Below, in pieces: positions 19,691-30,211 of a stretch of DNA of 64,000 nt. The notes beneath the pieces were generated by a model. That model worked only from the letters and a program-made list of their open reading frames with translations. It was not told the DNA's origin and made no database searches. Positions within the stretch are counted from its first letter, which is position 1, and each line of letters opens with the position of its first letter. The stretch lies in NCBI GenBank assembly GCA_964383365.1, contig CAYLHF010000006.1:3568-67567 (forward strand). Direction: 5' to 3'. The position numbers and the translations under genes were made by a program. This DNA comes from an uncultured Rhodothermales bacterium (GTDB lineage Bacteria > Bacteroidota > Rhodothermia > Rhodothermales > UBA10348).

Positions 19691-20506
19691 TCAGCCGACT
19701 TTTTCTGCCACTATCAGAAGACCGGTACCCGTCTTATTCTCTCCAACCATATCCAGTGCGTTCAGCATCAGGCCGATGGGCAGTACAGGCAGGTAATACA
19801 GCGGCAGCAGAAGCAACAGAATCCAGGATGCGTTCAGCATCTTCATCGGCCATTTGACCAGGAGGCGCCAGCCAACAGATCCAAAAAACCCGTACGTATA
19901 GAGTGCCTGTTTCGTCGTGAGACCGGCCCGGGACAATTTATCCACGAGGTCCTTTCGATTGTACCCGTCTCGCACATGCTCACCTATGAAACTCTGCTCT
20001 CCCCCCTCCTGCACATCAGATCCGCCCTGATCGGACGGTGTGTTGATCAGGACGACGCCTCCTGGCTTCAACACCCGCGCGAAGTGAGAGAATACCACCT
20101 CATCCTCTTCGATATGCTCCATTACATCTACCGAAAGAATCAGGTCGTAGGGTCCACGCGCCTGCAGCCGGGTGAGATCGTCCACGAAAAAACGTGCGGA
20201 TTCAGCCAGCCCTGCCCGTTTGAACAGGGACGAGACGCGGTCGAGGTAATCGTCCTTGATATCAACGGCATCGATCGAAATCCCCCGGAAACGTTGGGCC
20301 ATCCAGAATGCGAACTGACCAAAGCCGGTCCCCGCGTCCAGAATACGGATCGGTCTGGCGCATGCCGTGATTTCCCTTCGTAGTTCCCGGCGAACATACC
20401 AGGCACGCAAAAAAACCACGTGCAGCAGCATAAACAGTAGCCGAGTGCGCAATGGACTGCTTCCGGCCAGGTGTCCGAAGCGGTCTTTAATCGGATCGTA
20501 ATCCAT
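19691..20506 (-). CDS. Class I SAM-dependent methyltransferase with a C-terminal membrane segment
   Basis: 271 aa. Motif I ILDAGTGFGQFAFWMA; post-I acidic DAVD; hydrophobic C-terminus WILLLLLPLYYLPVLPIGLMLNAL. Confidence 0.8.
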   Translation of the reverse strand: MDYDPIKDRFGHLAGSSPLRTRLLFMLLHVVFLRAWYVRRELRREITACARPIRILDAGTGFGQFAFWMAQRFRGISIDAVDIKDDYLDRVSSLFKRAGLAESARFFVDDLTRLQARGPYDLILSVDVMEHIEEDEVVFSHFARVLKPGGVVLINTPSDQGGSDVQEGGEQSFIGEHVRDGYNRKDLVDKLSRAGLTTKQALYTYGFFGSVGWRLLVKWPMKMLNASWILLLLLPLYYLPVLPIGLMLNALDMVGENKTGTGLLIVAEKVG

Positions 20507-21818
20507 CAGATTGGGTCAGCTTTGCTGTATTGATCTGTTCGTAAACGAATGTGATATATGGTTCCCAGGATACCCCCGCCGGTCCCATTTGAATCCGACC
20601 TGACTCAACCTCGTCCGGGCGATGACGCCGGATCGTATCCCGGCCAGCCGTGTCGTGAGCCTCTTCAGATTCGTCTCCATCTGAAGTTCTGGAAAAAAAG
20701 CCTACGACGGCTGTCGAAAGGGCGTGTGGATCCAGGGGTGGAACTATTCGCTCCTTGTTTTCGCGGCCGACCTGATCGGCCAACCCTCCGACATCGCTGA
20801 CGATGGATGGCAATCCGAACTGCTGGGCAATCTGCACAACTCCGCTCTGCGTCGCAGACGTATATGGTTGGACGAGCAGGTCGGCCGCAGAAAAGTATGC
20901 TGCAACCCGTGACCTGGGAATGTATTCATCACAAATGGTCACATGATCGCCGACGTTTAATGCCGCGATTTTCTCATCGTATTCAGACCGATCATCGTAA
21001 AATTCTCCTGCAACAAGCAGGCGCACCTCCGGAATGGACGCGACGATCTCCGGAAGCGCGTCGATCAGTACGTGCAGTCCCTTGTACGCCCTGACCACTC
21101 CAAAAAAGAGGATAATCTTTTCCGCCCGCCGGAGCTTTTCGTCCGGGCCGAGAACAAGCTGAGACCTCGCTTCCGTCTTCTCGAGTGGGCCACCAAACTG
21201 ATCGTACGCCGGATGCTCCAGCAGTACGGGAGAGGACGCAGGAAGAAGTCCCTCGACGCTTCGGCGGACGGCGTCTGAGAGCACGACGATCTCGTCACAC
21301 TGTGTGAGAAAAAGCTTCGAAAGGAGCGCGTCTCCGGCATGGCGCTCGTGTGGAAGCACATTGTGAGTGACTCCGATCGTTCGGATGCCACATTTCCGCA
21401 GGCTGCGAGCCATCTTGGTATAGGCGGGAGCAAAAAACGGCATCCAGTACATGAAAATAGCCAGAACCACGTCGTCTTTTTCTATCCTTCTCGATGCCGC
21501 GATCCAGGTCACCGGATTGATGGAATCGATCAGACGAATCACGGGCGAAGTCGTCCCGATTTCAGCAAGATCATCCTTGTCGTCTTCTGGCTCGAATTGA
21601 CTTCGTCCGGGAAAGAGTAGCCCGGGATACAATCGTGTAAATGATATCCGGACCACCTCCAGACCGGATTCTTCCAGCCTGGAACACAGTCTCTCTGAGT
21701 ATTGTGATATACCACCCCTGTACGGAGGATGCGGCGCGATTACAGCCACCCGAGACGATAATTGTACGTGTTGCATCGCCTCAACCCGGGCCAGCATCGT
21801 GACATTCAGAAACATCAT
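20487..21818 (-). CDS. Glycosyltransferase, GT4 / group 1 family
   Basis: 443 aa GT-B-like protein (VAVIAPHPPYRGGISQYSERL...; C-terminal half LLVAGEFYDD...YTSATQSGVVQIAQQFGLPSIVSDVGGL). The probable start is M15 at about 21776, which removes the overlap with the upstream GT2. Confidence 0.8.
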   Translation of the reverse strand: MMFLNVTMLARVEAMQHVQLSSRVAVIAPHPPYRGGISQYSERLCSRLEESGLEVVRISFTRLYPGLLFPGRSQFEPEDDKDDLAEIGTTSPVIRLIDSINPVTWIAASRRIEKDDVVLAIFMYWMPFFAPAYTKMARSLRKCGIRTIGVTHNVLPHERHAGDALLSKLFLTQCDEIVVLSDAVRRSVEGLLPASSPVLLEHPAYDQFGGPLEKTEARSQLVLGPDEKLRRAEKIILFFGVVRAYKGLHVLIDALPEIVASIPEVRLLVAGEFYDDRSEYDEKIAALNVGDHVTICDEYIPRSRVAAYFSAADLLVQPYTSATQSGVVQIAQQFGLPSIVSDVGGLADQVGRENKERIVPPLDPHALSTAVVGFFSRTSDGDESEEAHDTAGRDTIRRHRPDEVESGRIQMGPAGVSWEPYITFVYEQINTAKLTQSDGLRSD

Positions 21819-22734
21819 ACGTTCTGATGTCTGACATCCGAGGAACGACGATCATTTCTCCGATCAGTCCCACGGAAAACATCTGAATGCCGACCAGAAT
21901 AAGCAGTGTTCCAAGAAGAAGTAGCGGCCGATCACCAATCGGCTGGCCATAAACGAGCTTGTCTATCGAGATCCAGAGACTGATAACGAAGCCGCCGAGA
22001 AACGCGAGCGTACCCAGAGATCCAAAAAAATGCATCGGGCGGACGGCGAATCGAGTCAGAAAAAAAACACTCAGAAGGTCCAGAAAACCACGAAGGTATC
22101 GCTCCAGCCCGAATTTCGTCCTGCCATACTTCCGTGCATGATGCTGGACCACCTTCTCCGTAATGCGCCCGTATCCTTCCCATTTTGCGAGGGCCGGAAT
22201 GTATCGGTGGAGTTCACCATAGACGGTCACGTTTTTGACTACTTCTGCCCGATACGCTTTCAGACCACAATTGAAATCATGGAGTGGAATCCGCGTAATG
22301 GTCCGGGTGGCCAGATTAAAGAATCGACTCGGAATGGTTTTCGATAGCGGATCATGACGTTCTTTCTTCCATCCGCTTACCAGATCATATCCGCTCTCGA
22401 GCAGGGCGACCAGGCCAGGAATCTCTCCGGGTTCGTCCTGCAGATCCGCATCCATCGTAATTATATACCGGCCCCTGGCGCGCTCGAAACCCAGCGCCAG
22501 TGCGGCTGACTTGCCGTAATTTCGGCGGAAGCGAATTCCTGAAAAACGGCTGTCTCGGCCGTGCATCGAATCGATGACGTCCCAGGAATCGTCACCGGAT
22601 CCATCGTCGATAAGCCAGCATTCGAAAGTGAAGCCAGCACCGTCGCAGACCGAACGGATTCGATCCACAAGTTCAGGAAGCGACTCTTCCTCTTCAAAAA
22701 CCGGTACTATGACGGATAAATCAGGACCGTTCAT
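21781..22734 (-). CDS. GT2 polyprenyl-phosphate glycosyltransferase (GtrB/ArnC/DPM1-like) with two C-terminal TMs
   Basis: 317 aa. Motifs LSVIVPVFEEEESL and the DXD motif MDADLQD; C-terminal hydrophobic pairs typical of GtrB-like enzymes. Confidence 0.85.
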   Translation of the reverse strand: MNGPDLSVIVPVFEEEESLPELVDRIRSVCDGAGFTFECWLIDDGSGDDSWDVIDSMHGRDSRFSGIRFRRNYGKSAALALGFERARGRYIITMDADLQDEPGEIPGLVALLESGYDLVSGWKKERHDPLSKTIPSRFFNLATRTITRIPLHDFNCGLKAYRAEVVKNVTVYGELHRYIPALAKWEGYGRITEKVVQHHARKYGRTKFGLERYLRGFLDLLSVFFLTRFAVRPMHFFGSLGTLAFLGGFVISLWISIDKLVYGQPIGDRPLLLLGTLLILVGIQMFSVGLIGEMIVVPRMSDIRTYDVSECHDAGPG

Positions 22735-22834
22735 CTATGCCCTGCCAGCAAGTGTGAATGCATCTTGACGGCCCTCCAGAATCTGGGCGCTAAACAGGTC
22801 CTGGATACCGCGCGAATCGTTTCTTTCAAAGATG

Positions 22835-24841
<2,007 letters not shown>

Positions 24842-24907
24842 TTATAGAATATAGCCCGTCTTGTACGCGTTGTCCCGCCCGCCAGTTCTCCTCGGGCCGA
24901 GATAGTA

Positions 24908-25573
24908 TCAGACCTCCAGATAGCGCATAAATTCCTGCACCCGGTCGGCCAAATCGTCTTCTGTCTCATCTTCACCGAATGCCGCCACGACCCGGTACCC
25001 GTGATGTTCGAGAAGATGACGGACACGGGCCGCGTCCTTTGTATTCAGCTTGAGTGTGACGCAGATGAGTCCCTCATCCCTGTTTGACTGTTCACTGGAG
25101 AGCGAAAGTACCCGAACGTTGTTTTGTTCGATAGCGTATATCACTTGAGACAACGCATAGTCTCTCTCTTCGATCTCCAGCGCCAGGATGGCTCCTGGTT
25201 CCTGGGTAGAGAGCAACCGCGCAAACCACTCGAAAAGATCCGTCCGACGCAACAAACCGATGTACTCTCTATTACTGTCTGTGACCGGCATCGTGGTGAG
25301 CGAATGGTGCATCATCACGCTCGCCACTTCGAAGACATGTGTGTCAGACTCTACCGACAGAGGATCCTGCCCCAGCAGGGTGTCGACCAACGCGTCCGGT
25401 CCGGCAGCATCGAGCATCATGTCTTCCGACACGATTCCGACTACATGTCTATCCGCGTCGACGACCGGAAGGTGACGAACGCGGAGTTCCATCATCAATC
25501 CGAGGCCATACTCTACGGTATCTGCTCGTTTGAGCGGAGGTGTCGTATTACTGATGAGTGTCTCGACCGTCAT
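24908..25573 (-). CDS. CBS-pair domain protein with a C-terminal ACT-like domain (AcuB-like)
   Basis: 221 aa. Two CBS-like repeats (...VRHLPVVDADRHVVGIVSEDM... and ...LTTMPVTDSNREYIGLLRRTDL...). Confidence 0.75.
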   Translation of the reverse strand: MTVETLISNTTPPLKRADTVEYGLGLMMELRVRHLPVVDADRHVVGIVSEDMMLDAAGPDALVDTLLGQDPLSVESDTHVFEVASVMMHHSLTTMPVTDSNREYIGLLRRTDLFEWFARLLSTQEPGAILALEIEERDYALSQVIYAIEQNNVRVLSLSSEQSNRDEGLICVTLKLNTKDAARVRHLLEHHGYRVVAAFGEDETEDDLADRVQEFMRYLEV

Positions 25574-25830
25574 GATTGAAGCAACGAAGTGCTTGTTTCT
25601 CGTTTACCTGTTTCAGTTGCAGCAATTCACGTGCCGTTTCTCCGTCCATAACCGAAGTAGTGCCGTCTGGTCCTCGTCGCCGTCAACTGACCGTATGTTC
25701 TACGCAACTCCGTCCAACAGGATACCGTACGTGTCCGATTTCGAGAACGATTTACAAATTCTTGTGGGGAAGCGCAAGAAAGAAATAATTGCCGCCTGCC
25801 GGTAATGGGATCCAGGAGTTTCTGGATGAA

Positions 25831-27189
25831 TCATTTTTCTTTTTCGTCCCCAGAACTCGTCGTGTCATCTACAGTCGAAACGGGCCGAAAATCGACGTAT
25901 CGAGCAACAATGGGGTCGATGTCGCTTTTGTACCTCGGAGCGACACGATAATGCAGCCGGACGACAGCACGAACATCCTTCTCATACTCCACGCGGGCGA
26001 ACATGTACTCTTCGGAAATAATTTGTCCGATCTTTCTGAAATGGGCGACGGCACCCTGGTCTTCGACGGGTAGAAAAACGATACCCTCAGAAAAGTCGTC
26101 CTCTATTACATCCCGGAGTCTGATTCTGAAATCATCCAGACCGATGCCCCGAATCGCCGAAACAAATGCGGCTTCAGGGTACTCCTGGCGAAGCAAAGGA
26201 AGGGCATTCGGCTCGGAGAGCGCATCAATTTTATTGAAGACCATCAGGGTGGGTTTCCCGTCCGACTCCAACTCCTTGAGCGTCTGCTCGACCACCTGAA
26301 CCTGATCCGCGAATTTCGGGTGGGTTACGTCTATCACATGTAATAAAATATCGCTCTCCCTGACTTCGTCGAGTGTGCTCTTGAAGCTTTCTATCAGTCG
26401 ATGCGGCAGCTTCCGGATGAACCCGACCGTATCTGAGAGCATGATCGGGTGATTGAAATCGAGGCGCACGACGCGGGTCGTGGCATCCAGTGTTGCGAAT
26501 AGTCTGTTTTCGGCTCGTACCGATGTGTCTGCAATGGCGTTCATCAGAGTCGATTTCCCGGCGTTGGTATATCCGACAAGTGACACCCTGGTATAGTTCT
26601 GTCGTCCCTTTCTCTGGGTTGTCCTCTGCTTGTCGATTTTTTCCAGCCGTGATCTGAGTGTAGCCATTCTATGCCCGATCAATCTTCGATCTGTTTCGAT
26701 CTGAGTCTCGCCCGGACCCTTTGTTCCGATTCCTCCTTTCTGCCGACTCAGGTGAGTCCATTGTCGGGTAAGCCTCGTCCTGAGATAATCCAGTTGTGCC
26801 AGCTCTACCTGGGTCTTTGCCACGGCTGTTCGGGCATGACGCGCAAAAATATCGAGTATCAGTCCCGAGCGATCCAGAAGTTTGCAGCCCAGTTCACGCT
26901 CCAGATTTCTCAGCTGGATGGGAGATAGTTCATCATCAAATATGACAAGGTCGGACTTGCGTCTGCCGACACATTCCTTCAGTTCCTGTACCTTCCCCTT
27001 TCCAATGTAGTGGGAGGCATTGATGCGTTTCGTCCGCTGCGTAAATCGATCGGTTACATCAGCGCCGGCCGTGTCAGACAGAAGCGACAGTTCGTCAAGC
27101 GAATCTGCAACTTCCCAGGCCTCATCTCCAGGGCCGATGACACCAACTATTATGGCTGACTCCCGGGCAGGGTTTATGGGCGTTTGCAA
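25831..27189 (-). CDS. hflX: GTPase HflX
   Basis: 452 aa. HflX N-domain, G1 motif GYTNAGKSTLMNA, DTVGF and NKID motifs. Confidence 0.93.
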   Translation of the reverse strand: MQTPINPARESAIIVGVIGPGDEAWEVADSLDELSLLSDTAGADVTDRFTQRTKRINASHYIGKGKVQELKECVGRRKSDLVIFDDELSPIQLRNLERELGCKLLDRSGLILDIFARHARTAVAKTQVELAQLDYLRTRLTRQWTHLSRQKGGIGTKGPGETQIETDRRLIGHRMATLRSRLEKIDKQRTTQRKGRQNYTRVSLVGYTNAGKSTLMNAIADTSVRAENRLFATLDATTRVVRLDFNHPIMLSDTVGFIRKLPHRLIESFKSTLDEVRESDILLHVIDVTHPKFADQVQVVEQTLKELESDGKPTLMVFNKIDALSEPNALPLLRQEYPEAAFVSAIRGIGLDDFRIRLRDVIEDDFSEGIVFLPVEDQGAVAHFRKIGQIISEEYMFARVEYEKDVRAVVRLHYRVAPRYKSDIDPIVARYVDFRPVSTVDDTTSSGDEKEK

Positions 27190-27276
27190 TAGCGTAAAGA
27201 GGCCGCGGGAAACCGCGAGTTAGAATAGGTCAAGTCGGGGTCCGTTCTCACTGATCAGGAAAGGTGATGCCGGTAT

Positions 27277-27837
27277 CTAGTTCTCAAGCTCGGTTCTGCC
27301 TACGTACTGATGCGTCGGGAAATCAATTCTGGTATCCAATTTCGAATGGACCAGTGACTTGAAGCGATCTGCCTCCGAACCAGGAACTCGCAACTCAAGA
27401 CGACGCCGAACACCCAGGAAGTCCTGGTAAATAAATACCAAAATAATCTTGCGCCCTTCGACGACTTCAAAATAATCAGAAACCTGACCCCAGGCTACCG
27501 TATCACCCATTTTACCGATCTCAGGTATGATACCGTAGTCCGTGATTATAGTCGTGGACGTAAGCACACCGGCAACATACCAGAGCATTCCTCCCAGCAG
27601 ATATCCGGCGAATACATATCCGTTCACCACCGGCAAAACGTTTTGCGCATATACCAGGAACAGTGACACGACTCCGATGAAAAGAAGCGGCCATACCGGA
27701 AAAGGAATCTTACCGCCGGAAAGCCACGTCATTCTCACTCTCCGTACGCGGATGCGCTGAAGTAACGTCACGGTCAGCATCAGTGCTGTTACCGCAATAA
27801 ATGCCAGAACCAGGAAAGTGTGGAGTGTACTCAGCAC
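27277..27837 (-). CDS. Hypothetical membrane protein (about 4 TM plus a small soluble C-terminal domain)
   Basis: 186 aa. Hydrophobic helices in the first ~110 aa; I recognise no motif. Confidence 0.5.
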   Translation of the reverse strand: MLSTLHTFLVLAFIAVTALMLTVTLLQRIRVRRVRMTWLSGGKIPFPVWPLLFIGVVSLFLVYAQNVLPVVNGYVFAGYLLGGMLWYVAGVLTSTTIITDYGIIPEIGKMGDTVAWGQVSDYFEVVEGRKIILVFIYQDFLGVRRRLELRVPGSEADRFKSLVHSKLDTRIDFPTHQYVGRTELEN

Positions 27838-27863
27838 GATAGAAAAAAGAGGGCTGAAACGTC

Positions 27864-29984
27864 CTAGGCGGACTCAGGACGCCATGTTTTTTCGAGAATC
27901 ATCTCGGCGATGAGGGATACCAACGCGAGCATTAAAAAGACGTTCCAGAGCTCTACTCCGGAGCGAATCTCCCTCAGGCGTTCGGCAAATTCCTCTTCCG
28001 GCTGAGAGGCCAGAGCCAGGACGCGAACGGGGCGATGCACCTTCTCGGACAGGACCGTCGCGGTCGTTTCCGGTGTTCCGCCTCTCAACCTGGACTCGTT
28101 CTCCGTATCATGAACCGATATACTCCGTATGATGTCCCCTCGTACCCGGATATCGTAGATCCCCGGAGTGAGAATTCCGGGTTCAACCGAGAGCAACACG
28201 GCACCGGGTATTCGACGGATCACCGGCGAAAAAACTTCTTCAGCATCATCTTCAACAAGAATATCTTCCGTATCAATCAGACCCGGAATACGCACGGAAG
28301 CCGCCGCTCCTGCGTCGAAAGATTCTCCCGTCACGGAGCTCGAGGCGGACAGATAGTGGAGGGATCGGTAGAGGAGCGGAATGAATAGACCTCGAACGGG
28401 AAATTCGCTCCAGCCCGAATCCACAGACACGGCGTACAGGAGAAGACTGCCTGCACCGGTACGAATTTCCTCCAGAAAAGGCCGACCGCCCGAGAGCCTT
28501 ATGAGAGCGTCTTCCTGCCCGCCACCCGGCCGGTAATCGATGGCACGGTAAACCAGTGGCTGCTCAATGGAGATTCCTTGCCGAACTGCTGACTCCTCGA
28601 ACATACCGTCAAAAATGGGATGACCGAAATCAATACTCTCCAGTTGACCGACCGTAGAGTCCTCCTCTTTCCCACCGATTATCTCGATAATGTCTCCTCC
28701 GCCAAGATCATCAAGAACCTCGTTGTAGGAAGTCAGATCCATGTCCTCGCCAGGATATATCAACACGCCGCCGCCACCGGCTACATATCGGGTTATCGAT
28801 GCACGCTCTCCGGTCGAAAACTGGTGAACGCCGGACAAAATCACAGCATCAAAGGCCTCCATGGTCTGCCGGGCAAGGCCAGAAGCCGTGACCACCTGCA
28901 CGCTAAAACCGACTGCTCCATCATCCAGATCTGCTCGCAGGGCCAATTCGAGTAGACTCTGATTTGTACCTTCGCCCTCTACCAACAGGATCTTTCGCTG
29001 GCGCGGTACAAACAGCGTAAAGGAACGGCTATCGTCATGTGGATAGGACCCGTCATCGATCTGAATATTTCCCCTCAGCCAACCCGTCTGTCTGGGCGTC
29101 ACGGCAATCGGTACGGTGACCCGCCTGTCCGGTCCGACGTCCACACTGGATTGCGCCACCCGCTCATCATCGAGAAAAACGGAGATAAGTAGATCGGTGG
29201 CCGGTCGTTCGCCATTATTTTCGAGCTGTATTTCGAGTCCTACCGGCTGACCAACGGACAGTATCCGGCTGATCACCTGTATGTCGGAGATTGCAACATT
29301 TTCGTGATGACGGGTTCCGATGGGAATAAGGAATATGCTGACGTCTGGATCCATGTCAACCTGGAGAGAGTCGACCAGCGTACTCTCCTGCATATCGGTA
29401 AGAATAAATAGCTCCCGGTTGGGATTGGCACTACCGGACAATGCGCGACCCGCCCTCGATATGGCCGTGGAAAGTATCCCGGTTCCGGGAATCGACTCAA
29501 TTCTGTGTACGGCACGCTCGGCAGCCGATGTGCTCAGATATCCCGGATACCCTGTCCGCATCGAAATGGTAGGAATAATGAAGGCCTCATCACCATTTCC
29601 GAGCGTTTGCACGAGTCTGTTTGCCACCCGTTTTTCCTGGTCCAGATATACTCCCGAGTCATCCCGAAGGGTCATCGACATGGAATTGTCCATGATGATT
29701 GCCCTGGAAATTTTTCCGTTCTCAGCCAACGCCCCCGCAATACCGCCGGTTGCCACCGGACGGGCGAAAGCCAGAACCAGAAGTGCAATGGCCAGGATGC
29801 GGAGGGCGAGCAAGAGCCACTGCTTGATTCGAACGCGTCGCATCGTACTCTTCTCCAGTTCATGAAGAAAAGCGAGCGAGCTGAATCGAATCGTCTGTGG
29901 TTTTCGAAAATTGAACAGATGAATGATGAGGGGAATCGCGGCAGCAGAAAGTCCGAGCAGAAATAGGGGACTCAGAAACGTCAT
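27864..29984 (-). CDS. BatA-domain (N-terminal double-TM) large membrane protein
   Basis: The N-terminus MTFLSPLFLLGLSAAAIPLIIHLFNFRKP matches the double-transmembrane BatA-type N-domain; there is a C-terminal TM anchor (LWNVFLMLALVSLIAEMIL). The track ORF extends to 30035; M18 at about 29984 is preferred as the start. Confidence 0.75.
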   Translation of the reverse strand: MTFLSPLFLLGLSAAAIPLIIHLFNFRKPQTIRFSSLAFLHELEKSTMRRVRIKQWLLLALRILAIALLVLAFARPVATGGIAGALAENGKISRAIIMDNSMSMTLRDDSGVYLDQEKRVANRLVQTLGNGDEAFIIPTISMRTGYPGYLSTSAAERAVHRIESIPGTGILSTAISRAGRALSGSANPNRELFILTDMQESTLVDSLQVDMDPDVSIFLIPIGTRHHENVAISDIQVISRILSVGQPVGLEIQLENNGERPATDLLISVFLDDERVAQSSVDVGPDRRVTVPIAVTPRQTGWLRGNIQIDDGSYPHDDSRSFTLFVPRQRKILLVEGEGTNQSLLELALRADLDDGAVGFSVQVVTASGLARQTMEAFDAVILSGVHQFSTGERASITRYVAGGGGVLIYPGEDMDLTSYNEVLDDLGGGDIIEIIGGKEEDSTVGQLESIDFGHPIFDGMFEESAVRQGISIEQPLVYRAIDYRPGGGQEDALIRLSGGRPFLEEIRTGAGSLLLYAVSVDSGWSEFPVRGLFIPLLYRSLHYLSASSSVTGESFDAGAAASVRIPGLIDTEDILVEDDAEEVFSPVIRRIPGAVLLSVEPGILTPGIYDIRVRGDIIRSISVHDTENESRLRGGTPETTATVLSEKVHRPVRVLALASQPEEEFAERLREIRSGVELWNVFLMLALVSLIAEMILEKTWRPESA

Positions 29985-30211
29985 GAAAAGAAAAGTGTCG
30001 CTCAGTTGAAACGGTTTCGGTTCGCTCCACCCCACGGGGCCGGACCGGTTTGCACCGCAAGATTCGCTCGGCTGTACCTGTATGTTCTAAACGGGTGAAT
30101 GTTGCGCTACGGCCCACCGACCTTGTCTATCGTTATTCGATGCATCAATTAGACGACCAATGAGTTTACCGTGGTTTGAATGACGCTATACCTCCAATCG
30201 CCTGCTACCCC

